DNA from: Methylorubrum extorquens
GTDB lineage: Bacteria > Pseudomonadota > Alphaproteobacteria > Rhizobiales > Beijerinckiaceae
Length of the DNA stretch: 32,000 nt
Assembly: GCA_900234795.1 (NCBI GenBank)
Contig: LT962688.1
Span: forward strand, 1,050,001 to 1,082,000
Direction: 5' to 3'
The position numbers were made by a program, and so were the translations under genes. This document shows, piece after piece, positions 17,175 to 23,380 of this stretch. Numbering within the stretch: the first letter of the stretch is position 1; every line of letters begins with the position of its first letter. The notes under the pieces are model-generated. The model made no database searches, was not told the origin of the DNA, and was given only the letters and a program-made list of their open reading frames with translations.

Positions 17175-18402
17175 ATGGCCAAGCCAGAATTTAAGGCGCC
17201 GCGCCCGCCGGAGCTGCTCTCGCCCTGGCGCACCGACCGGCGCGCCGCGCTCCAAGAGGAGGCCCGGGCGTTTGCCCGCGACGTGATCCTGCCGCTCGCC
17301 GACGAACTCGACCCGCAGAAGGGCGAGATGCCCCGCTCGCTCATCGACGCGATGGCGGGGAAAGGCTGGTTCGGCATCACCATCCCCGCCGAGTATGGCG
17401 GGATGGGGCTCGGCGTGTTCGAGTACTGCCTGATCTCGGAAGAACTCGCCCGCGCGTGGCTTTCCACCGGCTCGATCCTGGCCCGCGGCCAGGGTCTCGG
17501 CACACAGACGCTCGATGATGAAAGCCGCCGGGCGCTGCTGGCCAAATCCGCCAAGGGGGCAGTGGATCGGCTCGATCGCACTCTCCGAACCCACCGCCGG
17601 CTCGGATCTGGCCGGCGTGCAGACCCGTGCGGTGCGCGAGGGCGACGAATGGGTGCTCACCGGCACCAAGCGTTGGGCCGGCTTCGCTCAAGGCGCCGAC
17701 TTCATCGAGGTGCTGGCCCGCGTGCGCGACCCCGAGCCCGGCGAGCCGCGCTCGGCCGGTCTCGAGCCCTTCCTCGTGGTCAAGGAGCCCGGCACCTTCC
17801 CGAAGGGCATGACCGGCACCGTCATCGATAAGATCGGCTATCACGGCTTCCTCACCTTCGAGCTGAACCTCGACGGCGTGCGCGTGCCCGAGCGCGACCG
17901 GCTCACCGGCCTCTACGGCGACGAGGGGGCGGATGCCGATTCCGGCGGCTTCGCCTCGGTGCAGCGCGGCCTTAACATCGCCCGCGTCCACACCGCCGCC
18001 CGCGCGGTCGGCGTGGCCCGTGCTGCGGTGGAGGATTGCACCGCCTACCTTCAGGAGCGCGAGCAGTTCGGCCAGCCGATCGGCCAGTTCCAGGCCCTGC
18101 GCTTCGCACTCGCCGACATGGCCGCCGAGGTGGCCCAGGCCCGCGCCTACTGGCAACAGGTCGCTCACCTCCTCGATGAAGGCCTGCCCGCCGAGAGCGA
18201 ATCGGCTCAGGTGAAGCTGCTGGCCACCGAGATGGCGGTGCGGGTGACGAACCAAGCGATGCAGCTCCACGGCGGCAACGGCTACACCACCGAGCGGCGG
18301 GTCGAGCGCTACTGGCGCGATGCGCGCCTCACCACGATCTTCGAGGGCACCAGCGAGATCCAGCGCCGCATCATCAGCGACCGGATGCTGCCGCGGGGAT
18401 AG
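17175..18402 (+). pseudogene. Acyl-CoA dehydrogenase interrupted by a 1-nt frameshift in a G5 run (17555..17559)
   Basis: Frame A (17175..) encodes the ACAD N-domain up to ...RRALLAKSAKG. Frame B (ORF 17515..18402) continues with QWIGSIALSEPTAGSDLAG...GNGYTTERRVERYWRDARLTTIFEGTSEIQRRIIS. Deleting one G (aag ggg cag tgg) yields a continuous 408-aa protein. The RBS is GGAGGA before the ATG at 17175. Confidence 0.8.
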
Positions 18403-18429
18403 CCCTTTCTTCCCAACCACCGCCTCACC

Positions 18430-18525
18430 CTGAGGTGCGGAGCGAAGCGGAGCCTCGAAGGGTCCTCCAGCGGCCATCGCGATCCCTGGAACACCCTTCG
18501 AGGCCCGCTGACGCGGGCACCTCAG
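18430..18525. repeat. About 96-bp imperfect palindromic intergenic element (outer stem ctgaggtgc/gcacctcag, inner stem gcctcgaaggg/cccttcgaggc)
   Basis: Read directly between the ACAD stop (18402) and the mutL start (18619). The outer 9-bp arms are at 18430..18438 and 18517..18525. The inner 11-bp arms are at 18452..18462 and 18494..18504. Confidence 0.65.
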
Positions 18526-18618
18526 GCTGAGGTCGAGCCGGGAGTGAGGGAGAGGCTGTTCGCAAACGTCTGCCTTCGCCTATCGGGCGGGCGGCAGGCC
18601 GCCTATATTTCGCGGGCC

Positions 18619-20607
18619 ATGTCCGCCGCCCCCGACCTTCGCGATCCGCCGCCCGCGCATGTGCGCCGCCTCGATCCGATCCTGGTCGATCGCATCGCCG
18701 CGGGCGAGGTGGTCGAGCGGCCGGCCTCGGCGGTCAAGGAACTGGTCGAGAACGCGATCGATGCCGGCGCGCGCAGCATCGAGGTGGCGATCGAGGGCGG
18801 CGGGCGCCGCCTGATCCGCGTCATCGACGACGGCATCGGCATGGGAGCCGACGACCTCGCCCTCGCGGTCGAGCGTCACGCCACCTCGAAGCTGCCCGAC
18901 GGCGACCTGACCCGGATCGGCTCGCTCGGCTTTCGCGGCGAGGCGCTGCCCTCGATCGGCGCGGTCTCGCGGCTCACGATCACCTCGCGCACCGCGGACG
19001 GCGAGGGAGTGAGCCTCACCCTCGATTCCGGCGTCAAGGGGCCGGTGCGCCCGGCGCCCGCCGCGCGCGGCACCCGCATCGAGGTCACCGAGCTGTTCGC
19101 CGCGACCCCGGCCCGGCTGAAATTCCTGAAGACCGACCGGGCCGAGACGGCCGCCGTCTCCGAGATCCTGCGACGGCTCGCGGTGGCGCAGCCGCAGATC
19201 CGCTTCACCCTGCGGACCGAGAGCGGCAGCCCGACCGTGTTTCCCGCCGAGAGCGAGCCGGGCCCAGCGGCCCTGCTGCGCCGGCTCGGAGCCGTGCTCG
19301 GCCCCGATTTCCCCGGCAATGCCGTGCCCGTCGACATGGCGCGCGAGGGCTTCGCGCTTGCCGGCCATGTCGGCCTGCCGACCTTCCACCGCGGGGCGGC
19401 GAGCCACATCCACTTCGTCGTCAACGGGCGCCCGGTGCGCGACCGGCTCCTGCTCGGGGCCGTGCGCGGGGCTTATGCCGACACCATGAGCTCCGACCGC
19501 CACCCGGTGCTCGCGCTCCATCTCACCTGCGATCCCGCCCTCGTCGATGTGAACGTGCATCCGGCCAAGACCGAGCTGCGCTTCCGCGAGCCGGGGCTGG
19601 TGCGGGCGCTGATCGTCAGCGCGATCCACGAGGCTTTGCGCCGGGCTGGCGCCCGGTCTTCCAGCACGGGCACCCAGGCCGCCCTCGACGCGCTGCGGGC
19701 CGGCGCCGGCATGGGGGGCGCCCCGCCGATGGCGGCGGGGGCGGGCCGGTTCGCCGTGCATTCGGGCGCCTCCACTGCCAGCGCCCTGAACCCCCGCCCG
19801 GCGAGCCGCCTGTTCTCCGGCCCCTCGGTGGCCGCGCCCGCGGGCTACCGCCCGGCGCCGCGCCCGGCCTACACCGAGGACCATCCAGGCTTTGCCGAGA
19901 CGCCGCAGGCTTTGTTCTCCGCCGACCTCGCCCCGCCCGGCGCCGACCTGCGGCCCGATCCGGAGGCGGGCTCGGAGGCCGAGACCCATCCCGAGACCCA
20001 CCCGCTGGGTGCCGCCCGCGCGCAGATCCACGAGACCTACATCGTCGCCCAGACCCGCGACGGCATCGTGCTGGTCGATCAACACGCCGCCCACGAACGC
20101 CTCGTCTACGAGCGGCTGAAGCGCGAGCGGGCCGGCGGCGGCGTGCTCGCCCAGGGGCTCCTGATCCCCGACGTGGTCGAGATGGCGCCCGAGGAGGCCG
20201 ACCGCCTCGTCGAGGCCGCGCCCGATCTGGAGCGGCTGGGCCTCACCCTGGAGGCGTTCGGCCCCGGCGCCGTGATGGTGCGCTCGGTGCCGTCGGCGCT
20301 GGCGGGCGGCTCGGTGAAGGGACTCGTGCTCGACGTGCTCGACGCGCTGGCGGCCAGCGGCGTCGAGGAGGGTGGCCCGGCGGGTGCGGGCGATCCCGAT
20401 CCGGTGAGCCGGCGCCTCGACGCGATCCTCTCGCGCATGAGCTGCCACGGCTCGATCCGCGCCGGCCGCCGCCTCAAACCCGAGGAGATGAACGCCCTGC
20501 TGCGCGAGATGGAGGCGACGCCGCTCTCCGGCTCGTGCAACCACGGCCGCCCGACCTTCGTGAGCCTCGGACTCGCCGATATCGAGCGGCTGTTCGGGCG
20601 GCGGTGA
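18619..20607 (+). CDS. mutL: DNA mismatch repair protein MutL
   Basis: ORF 18544..20607 trimmed to the ATG at 18619. The sequence is RRLDPILVDRIAAGEVVERPASAVKELVENAIDAGA...IRVIDDGIGM, the GHKL ATPase N-domain. A disordered Pro/Ala linker follows. The C-terminal dimerisation domain carries QIHETYIVAQTRDGIVLVDQHAAHERLVYE. The protein is 662 aa. Confidence 0.92.
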   Translation: MSAAPDLRDPPPAHVRRLDPILVDRIAAGEVVERPASAVKELVENAIDAGARSIEVAIEGGGRRLIRVIDDGIGMGADDLALAVERHATSKLPDGDLTRIGSLGFRGEALPSIGAVSRLTITSRTADGEGVSLTLDSGVKGPVRPAPAARGTRIEVTELFAATPARLKFLKTDRAETAAVSEILRRLAVAQPQIRFTLRTESGSPTVFPAESEPGPAALLRRLGAVLGPDFPGNAVPVDMAREGFALAGHVGLPTFHRGAASHIHFVVNGRPVRDRLLLGAVRGAYADTMSSDRHPVLALHLTCDPALVDVNVHPAKTELRFREPGLVRALIVSAIHEALRRAGARSSSTGTQAALDALRAGAGMGGAPPMAAGAGRFAVHSGASTASALNPRPASRLFSGPSVAAPAGYRPAPRPAYTEDHPGFAETPQALFSADLAPPGADLRPDPEAGSEAETHPETHPLGAARAQIHETYIVAQTRDGIVLVDQHAAHERLVYERLKRERAGGGVLAQGLLIPDVVEMAPEEADRLVEAAPDLERLGLTLEAFGPGAVMVRSVPSALAGGSVKGLVLDVLDALAASGVEEGGPAGAGDPDPVSRRLDAILSRMSCHGSIRAGRRLKPEEMNALLREMEATPLSGSCNHGRPTFVSLGLADIERLFGRR

Positions 20608-20632
20608 CGGCGTCCTCCCGAGGAAGACGCCG
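20608..20632. terminator. Hairpin directly after the mutL stop (cggcgtc c tcc cga gga a gacgccg)
   Basis: Read directly: a 7-bp stem plus 3 further bp with one mismatch and a 3-nt loop. There is no U-tract. It lies between convergent genes. Confidence 0.35.
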
Positions 20633-20669
20633 GGCTCGGGCGTAACGCCGGCAGGACGCCGCCCCGCGG

Positions 20670-21167
20670 TCAGGCCGGGATGGCGACGGCCAACGCCGCA
20701 GCGCTCGGGGGTGTGCGCGGGCGCGGCATCACCGCCGCCGGGCAGGGCGGCGGATCGTCGTCATCGTCCCGGCGACCGGGGCGAAAAAACCGGTGCCGGT
20801 TCGATGTGCGCCGCGGGCGCCGGGGCCAGGCCGGACTGCCGGAATGGGCCGTGCTCGCCGAGGGAGGCCCCCGGTCGAGCGTGCCGAGCGCGGCAAGGAC
20901 GATATCGACCGGCACCGGCTCGGCCCTGCAGCCGGCAAGGCAGCGCATTGCGGGCGCATTCTCGAGGGCGCAGGCATCGGACGCCCAGGAGGCCAGGATC
21001 GCGCGCTTGTCCGCCCGCGACAGGAGCGGGTGGGCCAGCACCTCGCGCGGATGGCGGAACACGTCGCCGGGGGCGACGAGCGCCTGCCATGCCTCGAACG
21101 AGGCGGCCGGGGTGCCGGCCGGGTTCATCGGTCCGGAATGGGCGGAATGCGTTTCCATCGTCGTCAC
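20670..21167 (-). CDS. Hypothetical protein (165 aa) downstream of hsp20; Arg/Pro/Asp-rich C-terminal tail
   Basis: A GTG start at 21167 has GGGAGA 6 nt upstream; the ATG at 21158 is an alternative. GC3 is high over the whole frame. The central segment is FRHPREVLAHPLLSRADKRAILASWASDACALENAPAMRCL. No family recognised. Confidence 0.6.
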   Translation of the reverse strand: MTTMETHSAHSGPMNPAGTPAASFEAWQALVAPGDVFRHPREVLAHPLLSRADKRAILASWASDACALENAPAMRCLAGCRAEPVPVDIVLAALGTLDRGPPSASTAHSGSPAWPRRPRRTSNRHRFFRPGRRDDDDDPPPCPAAVMPRPRTPPSAAALAVAIPA

Positions 21168-21271
21168 GGGTCATCTCCCTGAAAGCACGGGGTTTTCGTG
21201 CGAAAAGGAAGCGGTCCCCGAAGGCGCGCAGCCTCCGGGGATGCTGGCTCGTGTGTGGCGTTCGCCGAAGG

Positions 21272-21775
21272 TCAGGCGGCCTTGGACAGGTCCTCGACCT
21301 GAGCCGGCGCCTTCTGAGCCGGCGTCTTCTCCGCCGACGCGTTGTCCTGCCCGATGGCAGTCCCTGTGCCGCCGATGGCGATCCGGCGCGGCTTGAACGC
21401 CTCCGGCACCTCGCGCTTCAGCTCCACCGTGAGCAGGCCGTTATCCAGGCTGGCGCCCGTGACCCGCACATGCTGGGCCAGGTTGAAGCTCTGGCGGAAC
21501 GTGCGGCCGGCGATGCCCCGGTGCAGATACTGGCGCTCGCCCTCCTGAGCCTTCTTCTGGCCCGTGACGAGGAGCGTGGTGTCGTGCTGGGTGAGTTCGA
21601 TTTCGTCCTGCGCGAAGCCCGCGACCGCCATGGTGATGCGGTAGGCATCCTCGGACACCTTCTCGATATCGTAGGGCGGCCACGCGGCCGAGGTCTCGGC
21701 TTGGTCGAGCAGGGAGAACAACCGGTCGAAGCCGACGGTGGACCGGTAGAGGGGAGAAAAGTCGAAGGTCCTCAT
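21272..21775 (-). CDS. Hsp20/alpha-crystallin family small heat-shock protein (IbpA-like)
   Basis: ORF 21272..21781 trimmed to the ATG at 21775, which is preceded by AAGGAGG. The sequence is MRTFDFSPLYRSTVGFDRLFSLLD...PPYDIEKVSEDAYRITMAVAGF...GLLTVELKREVPE, a typical IbpA-type sHSP. Confidence 0.9.
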   Translation of the reverse strand: MRTFDFSPLYRSTVGFDRLFSLLDQAETSAAWPPYDIEKVSEDAYRITMAVAGFAQDEIELTQHDTTLLVTGQKKAQEGERQYLHRGIAGRTFRQSFNLAQHVRVTGASLDNGLLTVELKREVPEAFKPRRIAIGGTGTAIGQDNASAEKTPAQKAPAQVEDLSKAA

Positions 21776-21866
21776 GACCACATCCTCCTTGGAGCAACGT
21801 GATGACGAGGGCCGCCGGACACCTGCATCCGGCGCCCCATAAGCGAGCCCAATTTGGGCCTCGCAC
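21770..21866 (-). promoter_or_regulatory. ROSE-like structured 5' leader (candidate RNA thermometer) of hsp20
   Basis: The minus-strand leader folds by eye into three hairpins at plus coordinates 21843..21864, 21813..21834 and 21770..21810. The last hairpin pairs CCUCGUCAUCAC with GUGGUCAUGAGG, which includes the AUG. It encloses GUUGCUCCAAGGAGGAU, so the U(U/C)GCU motif characteristic of ROSE elements lies next to the SD. Confidence 0.5.
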
Positions 21867-21872
21867 GCGCGT

Positions 21873-21897
21873 AACGCGGCTAAGTGACCCCGGTTCC
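21873..21897 (-). promoter_or_regulatory. EcfG-type (general stress response sigma factor) promoter, GGAAC-N16-CGTT
   Basis: The minus strand reads GGAAC cggggtcacttagccg CGTT, with GGAAC at 21897..21893 and CGTT at 21876..21873. This is an exact match to the alphaproteobacterial EcfG/RpoE2 consensus. It sits about 100 nt upstream of the hsp20 ATG. It is the only exact match I found by eye in the window. Confidence 0.55.
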
Positions 21898-22006
21898 CAT
21901 TTTTCCGAAATTTTCTCGCGATTTTCGGTCGGCGCGCGACGCGCGGGCTCGCAGGGAGACTCCGTTCGCCCCGGCGCGGTGCGGACCGGACGGGAGGTCC
22001 TGCGCG

Positions 22007-22657
22007 TCACACGGGGTCCGCCGTTCCCACGCCCCGCAGCAGCGGCACAAAGGAGACCGGGCCGAAATCGCGGCTCTCGAACCGGTCCCGCCCGCGCCGG
22101 GTCAGCCGCAGCAGCGTCTGCCCGCCGGGCGGGCCGACCGGGATGACGAGGCGGCCACGAGGCTTGAGCTGGGCCTTCAACGCCTCGGGGATCGTGGAAC
22201 CCGCCGCCGAGACGAGGACCGCGTCGAAGGGCGCGGCCTCCGGCCAGCCCGCATGGCCATCGCCGATGCGCAGGGACACCGTGAGCCCGAGTGCGGCGAG
22301 GCGCGCGCGGGCGGCCTCGCCCAACGCCGCGTGGCGCTCGATGGCGAAGACCTGCGCGCCCATCCGCGCCAGCACCGCCGCCGCGTAGCCGCAGCCGGCG
22401 CCGACCTCCAGCACGCGGTCGCCGGGCCGCAGGGCCAGCGCCTCGATCATCAGGGCGACGATGTAGGGCTGGGAGATCGTCTGCCCCGCCCCGATCGGCA
22501 GCGGCCCGTCGTCGTAGGCCTCCCCCGCCAGAGCGTCCGGCACGAAGGCCTCCCGCGGCACGGCCCGCATCGCATCGAGGACGGCCGCGTCACGGATGCC
22601 GCGGGCGACCAGTTGCGTCTCGACCATCCGGGTTCGAGCCTCGGCGTGGTCCGGCAC
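22007..22657 (-). CDS. pcm: Protein-L-isoaspartate(D-aspartate) O-methyltransferase
   Basis: Inside ORF 22007..23329. The sequence is MVETQLVARGIRDAAVLDAMRAVPREAFVP...GQTISQPYIVALMIEAL...VLEVGAGCGYAAAVLA, which carries the Pcm signatures. The start is placed at the GTG at 22657, which has GGAG 7 nt upstream. The ATGs at 22693 and 22627 are alternatives. The rest of the 440-aa ORF is Arg/Pro-rich shadow sequence. Confidence 0.85.
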   Translation of the reverse strand: MPDHAEARTRMVETQLVARGIRDAAVLDAMRAVPREAFVPDALAGEAYDDGPLPIGAGQTISQPYIVALMIEALALRPGDRVLEVGAGCGYAAAVLARMGAQVFAIERHAALGEAARARLAALGLTVSLRIGDGHAGWPEAAPFDAVLVSAAGSTIPEALKAQLKPRGRLVIPVGPPGGQTLLRLTRRGRDRFESRDFGPVSFVPLLRGVGTADPV

Positions 22658-22661
22658 CGTC

Positions 22662-22823
22662 TCACTCCGTGTCGGCGCCGTCCGTCCCGGCATCGGACGC
22701 GCCGTCTTCCGTGGAGGGCGAGGGCGGCAGGTTCGGCGGCGGCAGGCGGCCGGGGCTCGGCGGCGTCGGCAGGCCGGCATCCTCGGTGGCCGGGGGGAGC
22801 GGGGCGGGTTTGGTCTCGGGCAT
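22662..22823 (-). CDS. Candidate small ORF (53 aa, proline-rich, acidic) immediately upstream of pcm; absent from the ORF track
   Basis: My own translation from the ATG at 22823 is MPETKPAPLPPATEDAGLPTPPSPGRLPPPNLPPSPSTEDGASDAGTDGADTE, followed by a TGA at 22664..22662. 49 of 53 third positions are G or C, and the C-terminal half has G-first codons (GAA GAC GGC GCG ... GAC GGC GCC GAC). The stop lies 4 nt before the proposed pcm GTG. Confidence 0.35.
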   Translation of the reverse strand: MPETKPAPLPPATEDAGLPTPPSPGRLPPPNLPPSPSTEDGASDAGTDGADTE

Positions 22824-22945
22824 CGATCCGTCGCAAGCTGCGGCGGCGCGGGACGCGCGGCCTTCCCTGCTTCAACGCGCAAGAACGCCGCGCGGTGTCC
22901 GACCGGGACCGGCGGCGCCTCGTCGGCCGGTAGAGCGACATCGAC

Positions 22946-23272
22946 ATGATCCCCTGTCCCAACCTGTTCGCCAGCTTGCCGGCGCATGCGGATGAAGAAC
23001 GCTTCGAGACCCTGCTCACGCGTCCCGGCCTGCGAGTTGAGCGCATCGTCTCGACGGGCCAAGCGAGCCCGCCGGGCTTCTGGTACGATCAGGACGAGGA
23101 CGAGTGGGTCGCGGTGCTTCAGGGCAGCGCCGAACTCCGCTTCGCTGACGAGCCCGCGCCGCGTCTGTTGTCGGCGGGCGATCACCTGCTGATCCCGGCG
23201 CATCGCCGGCATCGCGTCGAACGCACCCAGAATCCGACGATCTGGCTCGCGGTTCACTGCCCGCCGCGCTGA
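22946..23272 (+). CDS. Cupin domain protein (108 aa)
   Basis: The sequence NLFASLPAHADEERFETLLTRPGLRVERIVSTGQASPPGFWYDQDEDEWVAVLQGSAELRF...GDHLLIPAHRRHRV follows the pattern of small single-domain cupins. GC3 is high. Confidence 0.8.
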   Translation: MIPCPNLFASLPAHADEERFETLLTRPGLRVERIVSTGQASPPGFWYDQDEDEWVAVLQGSAELRFADEPAPRLLSAGDHLLIPAHRRHRVERTQNPTIWLAVHCPPR

Positions 23273-23380
23273 AGCCACCACCCTGACTGCATCGGGCCGG
23301 TGACTCTCGATCTTTGTTTCGACGCGCATTCCAACGAACCGGTTGCCACTGCGTCGGAATGCACTCTAACGCGTTGCCCC

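Noticed and set aside
18580-20544. 654-aa ORF antisense to mutL
   Set aside because: Arg/Gly/Ala-rich nonsense. mutL is unambiguous on the plus strand.
20670-21775. hsp20 plus the downstream small hypothetical gene as a toxin-antitoxin-like pair
   Set aside because: The gene sizes, the 104-nt spacing, the clear alpha-crystallin identity of the first gene and the absence of any toxin or antitoxin motif argue against it.
22625-22650. tRNA-like T-arm string gggttcgagcc
   Set aside because: It lies inside the pcm coding frame. No acceptor, anticodon or D-arm complement can be drawn around it, and there is no CCA context. I found no tRNA or rRNA genes elsewhere in the window.
22658-23329. N-terminal 220-aa extension of the pcm ORF (the 440-aa ORF)
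   Set aside because: The extension is Arg/Pro-rich, overlaps the cupin gene on the other strand and has lower GC3 than the alternative frame. Pcm homology starts only around 22657..22627.
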